A stretch of 32,541 bases of DNA from Diploschistes diacapsis. Taxonomy: Eukaryota. How positions within the stretch are numbered: the first letter of the stretch is position 1; each line of letters starts with the position of its first letter. The position numbers were made by a program, and so were the translations under genes. This document shows, piece by piece, positions 8,156 through 18,719 of this stretch. The stretch covers positions 1 to 32,541 of the forward strand of contig JALAIB010000101.1 of NCBI GenBank assembly GCA_023645945.1, read 5' to 3'. A model generated the notes under the pieces. That model saw nothing but the letters and a program-made list of their open reading frames with translations, did no database searches and was not told the DNA's origin.

Positions 8156-11100
8156 TCATCGTGTACTTCTTAGAAAAGAAACCACTCCGTTGCAGTAGCC
8201 AACAATCGACCCTAGTCGCTTGCTTTCCATCTCTTGCAATTCTGTCCATACTCGCAAGGCCTTGGTGACGTCGCAGTGCTCTCTGATGATTTCGCCGTGA
8301 ATCTTCAGGAACACGGACATCCAAGCCTGGATCACCTCGTAGTCTCGCCGCTGCCTCAGACGAGACGAAAGCACCTCGATAAAAAGCATCAGCTCGTTCG
8401 GCGAGCTTGCTGGATCCAGTGACCTAATCTCAATGTCTGCCATCGAGGGTGGCAGCGACTTGAAGTGTGCTATGAAAGCTTTAGGATCCTCGCGTGACTT
8501 GTGGAGTAGTTGTGTGAAGAAGCTCTGTGTGCTGTGGCGCTGCAGAGCTGAAATGCGCGAGCGCTCGGCTTGTGTGACTAACAAGTTGTCGGACCTTTGC
8601 TGGTCGACTCGGCCGTTGTGAAGCTTGTCCAAAGATGGCAGAAAGAATGGCGCTTTCTCTGGAGCTTTTGGTGGCTCTATCGGCTTGTTCCTCGTTGCAA
8701 TCGTTTCGAGGTGCAGAAGCGTCTGCCACCGGGAGCGAGGAACAAGAGAGAGAGTTGTCATGTCTGCATTAAGTTGATCCAGGGCCGAAGGTGCAGAATC
8801 GCTTGTCTGATGCCCGTTTTCACGCTGAGGCTCCTCGAGCGCCGCAGCCAGGAGTGTTTCGCCTCCTTCTCCGGATGCTGTTGGCATGGTCACTGTCTCG
8901 ATTGTGTCCTCGTCTATCTGCCGTACTGGAACGTGAGCGAAGAGTGACCGATTACTCCATATATTGATGCCGATCGAATCTGCGTGGGCTGTAGCAAAAA
9001 ACTCTCCAGTCGACGAAAATGCTAGGGCTGTACATAGCCCTGCAACTCGGATCGCGTCGATGAGGTGGCCTGTGGGAAGATCCCATACGCGTATGATTGA
9101 GTCCATGGAAGCCGCGACGATCCATCGACCATCTTCAGAGAAGCAAAAGTCTGTTATCTGCCCCACGCAGCCCCAGAGTTCTCTGACGAGTCTTTGAGTC
9201 TCGCAGTCAATCACCCTAATGGAAAGATCATCACAGCTGAGCGCAATCAGATCGTTTTGTCGCTGGATTCTTGACGCGGTAATCGGTGTCGATGAATGCA
9301 TTGCCATTTCGTGGCGAAGCGAACCTGTTGCAAAATCCCAAAACTTAAGCTTCCCATCAAGACTGCAACTGAAGACTGTCTTGTTCAAATTGTCAACCAT
9401 AATGCCCGTAATGCCTCGAGTATGCTTTTGTTTATCCTGTCTTGCGTCCTCGCTATATCCATTGGTAAGGATATTATGGCGAACCTGTAATTTGACCTTT
9501 CTAGCCTGGGCCGGCGTCAAAGAGGCTGGAAATTGCTGCCGGTGCTTGCCTGACTGCAAATTGAACATGTCAATCCTGCCACCGGCGGAGCCTACTAGTG
9601 CAAAAGTACCGCAAGCTGTTATTGCAACACTCTAATTTCGTTAATCTCGAGGACGCAGAATTGTTGGCTCGGAAAGTATACCTTAACTTCGGTCCCATCT
9701 TTGGTTTCGAAAGCCCATCTCCCCGCTTTCTTTCTCCCCCAGAACCAGGTCCTAGCATACTTGTCCCCTTTGTGCCCTGTCACGATGCTCTCCCAGCCTG
9801 ATGGTAGGGTATCGGAAGCACCTCCCTTGGTCTTGCCTTTGGCAACATTTGCCCATACACTTCCACCGCCCGTGGAGGCATCCATTCCACCATCACGGTT
9901 CAAACAGCAGGCCATGCAGGTGATTTCCGGAGCTTTGAGATCTTCGAGAGTGCTACGGGTTTCAAGATTTGTGTTAATGCCTAGAGCGACCAATTTCCGA
10001 GCCGCCTTCAGAACATTACCTTGGCTGATTTCGGTGCTTTGCCCGTCACGCCTGAGGCTCCAAGCCCAAAGACTTCGGTCTTGGCCAGCACTGATAAGCC
10101 ATTTGCCGATGGCATCTGCACCATCTGCTTCAGTTGGAGCGAACAGAAGCTGCGTGACAGGCGCTGCGTGACCACTTCTACTATGTAGGCCGGTAGGGAT
10201 GGATGTTTGGGCATTCTCGTGAAAAATCCAGGATTTTAAGGCGTTGTCACACCCAGCTGTAATTACAATGGGCTGTCCGGGTAGAAACTCTAGCCCTGTG
10301 ATACCACTGGCCGATCCTGTCTCGTTTGTCAGTGGTGGGTAATGTGCGTTTCTCAATACGCTCATCACACGTCCACCGTCATTGAGATCCCAGAAAGTGA
10401 CGTCTCCGTCTTCGATGCTAGCTGTAGCCATAACACCTTCTGCGTGACCATCTTGTCCAGCACCCAGACCATCAGTGCGGAACGATATTGACGTGATTCT
10501 GGTTGTAGCGAGTGAGGATGTGTTTAGCATAATGATCTCTGTATCTCTCCTGACGTCGTGTATACTCAATGAACCATCAGCACGAGCAATCGCGAGAAGG
10601 TTAAGAGCTGGCGAGGGTTCCAGCGCTGTTACGGAACCCGAGGTTAAAGCAGGAGGCGCTAGGGTATATACCAACTTCCCCACGCTGATGTTCCATAGCT
10701 CCACGCTCCCATCTGTCTTTCCAACAAAGATCTTATTGAGCATTGTGGGCATGGTACACAGGGAGCCCGTGAGCTTTTCATCCTGATGACCGAGCTGGGA
10801 GATAAGGGGAAATATCGTGGTGTAATGTTCGTATGTATCAGATTTCCAGACTTCAATGCGATTCGAACAGCAAGCAACTATCCAGGAGCCGAAGATGACA
10901 AGCTTGCGAACGCTTTCAACAAGACCGTTAGATAATTGAAGCTCTCTAATTTTCTTCCCCCTTTTATAAACCCAAATGCCGCCTTTACGATGGATCTTCC
11001 CTCCTCCCCACGCTGCGAAGACTCTGTCCTTCCATGCTAATGTTGCGGTTATCGGCACAGGCGTCTCCGGTCTGGAGACAAAAACCAGATTCAGTCCTCT

Positions 11101-11354
11101 CCGAAGATCGTAGGTATGCAACGATTTCCCAATAGTGGCAGTGATTTGAAACGTGGTTTTCCCCAGAGGTATGGAAGTAAACGGTACCTGGGTGGGAGAT
11201 ACAAGTCCTACAGTCTGTCAAATGTTAAAAGCTTCAGCAGTGCTTTGGGTGTGCTTACCCTGTAAGGCGCGAAAATCCGAGAGGCTTGAAAAGCCTGACC
11301 AACAGGCGCTTCAAGCTTCTGCCGCTTCGCTGTTGGCTCAACAAAAGAAGGCAT
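8156..11354 (-). CDS. UTP21: U3 snoRNP/SSU processome WD40 protein Utp21 (WDR36); exons 11354-11259, 11214-9682, 9631-8156, about 1034 aa
   Basis: It starts SRIFAPYR/TVGLVSPTQVPF, carries many WD repeats, and has the Utp21 C-terminal motif LSLVPRSRWQTLLHLETIATRNKPIEPPKAPEKAPFFLP. Introns 11258-11215 (GTAAGC..CAG, 44 nt) and 9681-9632 (GTATAC..TAG, 50 nt) join the three frames cleanly. Confidence 0.96.
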
Positions 11355-11504
11355 CACGAATACCCCAAACAAGCATGAGAGCTCCTCAGCTGCTGCGCGC
11401 AAAAAGAATTTTGATGCGGTCCCGGCTTTAAAGGCAAGCAAGGTAACTCCGGTCTAGCGAATGATTTGGGACGACGCCGAGCGGTTTTTTTCTCTGCCTG
11501 AGAC

Positions 11505-11598
11505 TCTCGTCTGAGCTCGTTATCTACAAACAAGTATAATGATTTGAATGAGGTTTCAAATGAACAAAGCTCAGACGAGACTCAAGGGAATACTTGTT
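11505..11598. repeat. Nested and interleaved inverted repeats (13, 9 and 7 bp) upstream of UTP21
   Basis: TCTCGTCTGAGCT (11505-17) pairs with AGCTCAGACGAGA (11568-80). AACAAGTAT (11529-37) pairs with ATACTTGTT (11590-98). ATTTGAA (11542-48) pairs with TTCAAAT (11555-61). Confidence 0.7.
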
Positions 11599-12706
11599 AA
11601 ACAGACTGCCAAACCATTCAGGCGATATCAAGAAAAATTTACACACCAGACACCTCTTCAACCACTTATGCCATACAACAACTTTGAGGATGCTTCAGAT
11701 CAAGTATAGAATAGGCCTGAACTACTTAGAGCTCTCTTCAGAACTTTCAGAATTGGTTTATAATTGATATGAAGCATCTCTCGAGCTCTTGTGAGGGCCA
11801 AAAGTGGCAGAAAGGGTGTTCGTAGTGCGAATCATTCCTAGTGTCCCATGCCAGTATCAGATCTCTCACACAGCTGCGAACCATCCAATGGATCACTATG
11901 ATACTATGTGGAGCTTGCGGGAAGCCGGAAGAGCTGGGAGAAGCTACATATATGGTCAAGCCTGGTACAGACGATGATAAAGAAGTTCAACCTGATAATG
12001 AAACCTCAGCTCAAAACGCTTAATTAACCGTGCATGGCCGTCTCAGATGATCATCCATAAGGTAGATAAAATCCATACACACGATTTGGGTTCAAGACTA
12101 TCCAATTTCATTAAGCTGGAAGGATTCTGTAAGGATATGATTACTATATACTATTGGTTCAGAGAGACGCGGCATGTTGGCCTTATATGAACTAGGTGTT
12201 ATACTAGCGAAGTGCATTCTATCATTAGGGTGAAACAAGCCACCAGCGTACCTTTATATTATCCACTAGTAAGACAATGCTCTGGTTTGTAGGATAAGTT
12301 CTTGATGCCTTCACTGAGGTTGGCCCATACAATAAGCTTTCAATCTCAAGGTAACGGGAAATCAAAATTTGCTGGTAGAAGCGGCAACTAGAACTGCACA
12401 AATCCCATGCACGGGACAAGGCCGACTTTGGCCTCTTAACTAGCAGACCAATACCTCCAGGCAAGCGAACCTTCTCTCATCCTCTGCTTTTGTCAGGTGA
12501 TCCAACGGGTGATATTCTGCTCGCGGTGAAAAGTTGTCTTTCCCGACCCCCACCTCAAGCCTCAAGAGCGTCTCAACAACAACTTGAAATATAACCCTCT
12601 TCATCTGGCTTCAGTAAAGAAGATGCTGGATCCATAAACCCCAAAAAGGTAGGAAAACCCGGGCGCGAGGGGCCCAAAAGTATAGACAATCAGAATTAGA
12701 TGGGCA

Positions 12707-15700
12707 ATGGAGATGGTTCCTAGCCCCAGTAGCCAGACCAGTTCTACTCAATTCAGATCGCCTCATATGGAAGCACAGACCACACCGACTACTATAATTG
12801 ACAACACACCTGCGCTTTCGTCTGCATTCACGTTGCCTACAGGTATGTCAAGATACCCGTGCTTCTCGTTCTCACTATCACACCCGGCTGACGTGGTTAC
12901 ATGATAGGAGCCATGGCTACAGGCAAAACCTCCGCACAAGGTGGTTCAGTATCAGTCCTCAAAGGTGCAGAGCATCGTGATTCGGGGTCACTTCCACGCT
13001 TGCAAAATCCTGGGCCAGACAGGCGTTCCAGGAGTAGGACCTCACGTCGGCCGAGTGTGAGCACAGGAGCTAGTAGTGCGAGTCCGAATAATTCTGAAAG
13101 AACGGAGCAGCAGCAGCGTGAGTACATTTCTGCAGCAGAACCCCGAGCCACACAATACCCCAGTACTTCTCTGACGTAGGGAAGATAAAGCATCATTAGG
13201 CAAGATAGGTGTATGTGCACTCGATGGCAAAGCACGAAGCAAACCGAGTCGAAACATTTTGACAAGGCTTCAAAACAATGGTGACTTCGAGGTCGTCGTG
13301 TTTGGCGACAAAGTGATTCTGGATGAGGGTAAGCGCACCGCCAGCTGGGAGCGTAATTGAGCTAATGTAGTTTTCGAAGCTGTGGAGAATTGGCCATTAT
13401 GGTATGCAGTGACGGTCACAAAAGATGTATAAAACCTCAAGTTACTAACCCCTCCTTGTAGTGATTATCTAATCTCATTCTTCTCTGAGGGCTTCCCATT
13501 AGACAAGGCAATTGCTTACGCCCAACTTCGGAAGCCCTTCTGCGTCAATGACTTGCCTATGCAGAAGATCCTCTGGGACCGTCGACTATGCTTGAGAATC
13601 CTTGATCACTTGGGAGTCCCTACGCCTCAGCGGCTAGAAGTCAATAGGGATGGAGGGCCAACTCTTGAATCCGAAGGCCTTGTGGACCATGTCTACCGTA
13701 CAAGTGGTGTGAGGATGAGGGGGCCTAAGTCCGAAATCGACAAGACCGTCCTCACTAGAAGTGTGGAGCTTTCTGAAGACGGCGATACACTCATAGTGGA
13801 TGGCGCATCGATGAAGAAGCCGTTTGTTGAGAAGCCTGTAAGTGGCGAAGATCACAATATTTGCATCTATTTCCCAAAAAGTAAGGATGGCGGTGGTGGC
13901 AGAAGGCTCTTCCGCAAGATAGGTAACAAGAGCTCTGAATGGGATAGCAGCCTAATCGTACCTCGCGCGATAACAGAGCAGTCTGAAAGCTACCTTTACG
14001 AGCAATTCCTTGACGTTGAGAATGCAGAGGATGTTAAGGCTTATACCGTGGGTCCTGACTTCTGCCATGCAGAGACGCGAAAATCGCCCGTTGTAGATGG
14101 GTTGGTAAGAAGAAATACTCATGGTAAAGAGATCAGATATATCACTAGTCTCTCGAAAGAGGAGGCTGCAATGGCTGCCAAAATCGCAACAGGGTTCGGT
14201 CAGCGCATTTGCGGCTTCGATTTACTGCGAGCCCAGAATACAAGCTTCGTCATTGATGTGAATGGCTGGAGCTTCGTGAAGGACAACAATGAGTATTACG
14301 ACAAATGTTCTCGAATTCTTAAGGATATATTCATTATGGAAAGAGAGAAACACGATCGATCGAGACCTACAGCCGCAGAAGTTACTAGTGACGGTCAAAC
14401 TGACGCAACGGTCAGGCCAAATGTGCCTCATCACAGAGAGACGCTGAAAGGCCTCTTCAAGTCCCCCAGCTTGTCCAAATTGAAAGAAACGCTTCATCAT
14501 CGCAAAGCTGGTAACTCTACTGATGCCTCATACGCGACTACGCCTGTGTTTTCGACACCTACAACAGAACGCTTAGATCCTACTACAATAGCCTCTCCAG
14601 CCTCGCATATCGATGAGAGAGAGGTCTTGTCTCCTAAGTCTAACACTGAAGCTGTAACCTCAGGGGTGATGTCCTCTTCTGCCGATCATCTACCGGCAGA
14701 GCACATACCCCCACCAGCCGCAAAGCATTCTTGGAAGCTGAAAGGCATGGTGGCAGTCATCCGACATGCGGACCGAACGCCCAAGCAGAAGTTCAAATTC
14801 ACATTCCATACGCAACCATTTGTCGACCTTCTGAAGGGACATCAAGAAGAGGTGCTGCTAAAAGGTGAAGATGCTCTCGGTAGCGTACTAGATGCAGTCG
14901 ATCAAGCGATGAAAGAAGGCAAAGAAGATCATACTAAGCTGCGGCTTCTTAAAACTACGCTTGTCAGAAAGGGGACGATGAGCGGCACAAAGGTACAGAT
15001 CAAGCCAATGTTTAGAAAGCGGAAGCCAGAGGAGATTGCCGTGAAGCTTGGTCCAAAAGGGAGGGAGCCTGGAGAAAGGGATAACAGTTCCAAGGACGAG
15101 ATTACCGAAGAAACCTTGCACCGCGTCCGTACTGGCAGAAATGATTCGCTGGCCGGCGTGACCCTATCTCGTTTTGCTGCAGCAGAGAATGGCTTGGTAC
15201 TAGACAAGCTTCAACTGATCCTGAAGTGGGGCGGAGAGCCGACACATTCTGCACGCTATCAATCGCAAGACCTAGGAGAGAACATGCGGAACGATCTTCT
15301 CCTCTTGAACCGGGACATACTAGGGGACGTAAGAGTCTTTACAAGCTCTGAGCCTCGAGTAAGTACAAGCGGTAAGACTAGCTACCTAGATAAGCAATAG
15401 TCCCATACTAATCGTGATTCTAGCTCAAATCTGGGCAGCTTCATTCTTAAACCAGAAGGATATTCCCGACAGCTTTATATCCGTGAGGAAAGACCTCCTG
15501 GATGATTCAAACGCTGCAAAAGATGTTGCAGACAAGGTCAAGAAGAAATTGAAGGGTCTACTAAGAGAGGGCCACGAAGCACCCAGCCAATTCGCATGGC
15601 CTCCCAATACACCCGAACCGTCTGTGGTCGTCCGTCAAGTTGTCGAGCTCATGCAATTCCACCGCAGGGTAATGCATCACAACCTCAACAAAGTCAACCC

Positions 15701-17081
15701 CGCCACCTCCTCCTTTTCTGCTATTAACGCCTCAGAAACCTCCTCCGCCTCCACCTCACCCTCTTCAACCCGATCTGTCTCCCAATCCGAGCATGTTTCC
15801 CGCATCCAAGCCCGCTGGTGCACTAACGAAGATGCCGAACTCTTCAAGGAGCGCTGGGAGAAGCTTTTCACCGAGTTCGCCGACACAGAGAAGGTCGACC
15901 CCAGCAAGATCTCAGAGTTGTACGATACGATGAAGTATGACGCGCTGCACAACCGACAGTTCCTCGAGTGGGTATTCACTCCTAGCGCAGCCATTCTCGA
16001 AGAGATATCGCTAGAGGAAGAAGGAAAGAGGTCTTATGACGACCCTTCGACAGTCCGGAAAGCACCGCTGGAGAAGGTCTTGGGTGATGCCGCGCTCGAA
16101 GAACCAAAAGCAATCCCCATGGACGTCCCAACCCGAAAACAAACAGTTTCCCAGAGCAATGCTGGTGAGCGTATCAGGCCGCAAGATAGTATAGCCCAGC
16201 GCATGGGCTTTCGAAGGAAATCCGTCTATAATACGCCCATCTCACCGGGAACGATGGCACCTGATGGTGTTGCACACAGCAACAGCAATACCGTGGCAGA
16301 TAGCTACTTCAAACTTTTCAATGGCAACGGCCCGACGCGCACGAAGCAGGACAAGCGCCTGACGAGGTTGCGCGAGCTCTATCGCCTATCGAAGATCCTG
16401 TTCGACTTTATATGTCCGCAAGAATACGGGATCTCGGACGCCGAGAAACTAGAGATCGGATTGCTTACTTCTCTCCCGCTGCTCAAGGAAATAGTATCCG
16501 ACCTAGAGGAGGTGCAGGCCTCGGAAGGCGCGAAGAGCTTCATCTATTTCACGAAGGAGAGCCATGTTTATACCCTTTTGAACGCCATACTGGGAGGTGG
16601 TATAGGGATTGGCGGCAAGACGAAGATCAAGAGGAATGCGATACCGGAGCTAGATTATCTGAGCCAAATCGTGTTCGAGCTGTATGAGGCAGAGGACAAG
16701 GAGGGCGGCGCTTATACCCCGGGTGCAGCAGGCGCAAGTGCTAGCAGCAGCACCGGCTCAGCATACAGCTATTCGATAAGGATATCTATCACGCCGGGCT
16801 GCCACACGCAGGATCCGCTGGACGTGCAGCTCGATAGCCGGCACTGCATAGGTTGCGCGCCGCGGCGGAGTCTCACGGCACACCAGGATTGGAAGGAAGT
16901 TATCGAGACGCTGAGGAGGAAGTTTGATAGTGTCAAGCTGCCAAAGAGCTTCCTGGCTGTGAACCTGAGTGATTGGCATAAGAAGGAAGGGAGGAGTCGC
17001 GAGGAGGTGAAAGAAGTCCTTGAACATGAGGTTGAGGGGGAGGAGGGAAAGAGAGTAGAGGAGACAGTAGCGAGAGGATGA
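12707..17081 (+). CDS. VIP1: Inositol hexakisphosphate/diphosphoinositol-pentakisphosphate kinase with histidine acid phosphatase domain (Vip1/Asp1/PPIP5K); exons 12707-12842, 12908-13117, 13191 (or 13185)-13328, 13380-13401, 13462-15371, 15424-17081, about 1357 aa
   Basis: Motifs include [78 protein letters not shown], the phosphatase motif [10 protein letters not shown] and FTKESH. Five introns have consistent phases. The start codon is the least certain part. Confidence 0.95.
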
Positions 17082-18274
17082 GGAAGGGGATACACGATAG
17101 AGGTATCGAACGAGGTCCTTGAGCTGAGAAACGTCCGGAGTGTGCTGTGTAGAGAGTCGGCGGCACATTTCTCGACTGAGCAAAAGAGCGCATTGAGAGC
17201 CAATATACTGGGATAAGTGGCGTTTCTGTCTAAGGTACCGCCAGAGAGGGCAGGGCAACGGTAGCCAGGAATAGAACGAGAGAAAAGGCCCCAAGACAGT
17301 CCACTCCCTCAACTCGCTTCAGGGCCCTTATCATCAAGAAGCATACCACGCCCTGAACAGTTCAAGGGGTGAGCGCCCCTTGTTCTATAGCCATCCTGAT
17401 AAACTTTTCAGCACGGGCTTCATGATTCTGGGTGAAGGTATTCTTTTAGAGATGGCGATCAAAGCCCCGTTTCTCCGATCGAGACTCCGAAACAAGAGAG
17501 AGCCCGACGTTGTTGTTGTTAAGGGTAAAGGGCTTCCAGTGGCCACGCGCCGTAAAACAGTCCCAGGATAGGAAGATTGCAAAGCCAAGGCAGACAAGCT
17601 CTTCATTGCGTTCGAGCCCATTCCCGCGCATCGATCGTGCTTGCTTCAAGGGCGGGCATGTCCGATGAAGATGACGCTGAGATGCTCTGGGAGCTTCCAG
17701 CGGAAACTTCGTCCTTGGTGGCAGATATGTCTGTCTCAGAATGTTACAAGAGGTTGTTCTGGTTTGATAGGGAAGGTCTGGTGGCGAAGGGCTAGGAGAG
17801 GGGAGATACCGCCAAATCAAAGGCACGGAGATGATAATTGTGAATCAGAAATTGAGCCCTTGTGTCTAAAGGGGAAGATTGGTTGGAGGTGGCAAGTCAG
17901 AGTGGGAATCGCGGAAGACTGAGGAAAAGAGCAAGGAAGTCAGCCAGGTGTGGGTTCGAGCAGTCGCATCTGCCGTAGCGTTAGTAGTAGGAACGCCCTT
18001 GTGAATAACCATCTGAAGGGGGATGCTATAGCCCATAACAGATTCCTTCTTCAATAGCCTTGAATTTCCTCTTTGAGCGCAAGGATGCAAATTATAGGGT
18101 TTCGTCGGGATAATCCGTGATAACCGGTCAAGTTGTGCCCACCCACCCAAGAGCTGATGGGACGCTTCAGATTAGCGGCGAAATAAATCGAACAATCTCA
18201 GATAGTTTTAAGTATATGTAGCCAGCTAGTTAGGCTCGAACCAAGGCAGTGTCAGTCATACAACATCCACCCAC

Positions 18275-18303
18275 GCTCAATCGTTAGCTCAATCGTTAGC
18301 TCA
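18275..18303. repeat. 12-bp tandem duplication (GCTCAATCGTTA)x2 plus GCTCA
   Basis: Read directly. Confidence 0.7.
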
Positions 18304-18629
18304 TCTCATGCCGGAAATGGGGCCGGCTAACATTTTAACACGGCTGGACAGGACGCTGTGGAGGGGAACTCAGACCTAGGCCGGTACGAGGGCTTGGCTC
18401 GCGATGAAAACTAAACTGGGCTGGTGGTTGGTAACGTAGGAGAAAGTCGTAGCCAGATCTGTGAGCGTAGTGGTGGCAGGGGTGTGGGTGAATAAGGGTC
18501 GGCTACCGGCGGGCGGCATTTCACTTTTGATCGAAGAAAAAACCTGAAAACTCTTTTGACTCAGATTGCCGACGGGGTTTTTCTTGCCCTTGCTAGTGGG
18601 TCTTTGAATAAGCCTATAGAGACATCATG

Positions 18630-18719
18630 ATTGGCCTTAGAAGTATCTAGCAGATTCGGCTTCCCTCACACTAAGCCAATCAGAAGCCTGGATTTGTAAG
18701 ATTCTGAAGATTTCATTGG
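18630..18719. promoter_or_regulatory. Cluster of three CCAAT boxes (possible HAP/CBC sites)
   Basis: ATTGG at 18630-34, CCAAT at 18676-80 and ATTGG at 18715-19, in the contexts TGATTGGC, AGCCAATCAG and TCATTGGCTG. Confidence 0.4.

Noticed and set aside
17369..17379. 11-mer GTGAGCGCCCC shared with 27366-27376, both in small hairpins
   Set aside because: Many 11-mer matches are expected by chance in 32 kb.
17300..18150. Minus-strand fragments with protein-like stretches and a perfect TACTAAC branch motif near 17980
   Set aside because: No consistent donor or frame could be assembled, stops interrupt the frames, and no family was recognised.
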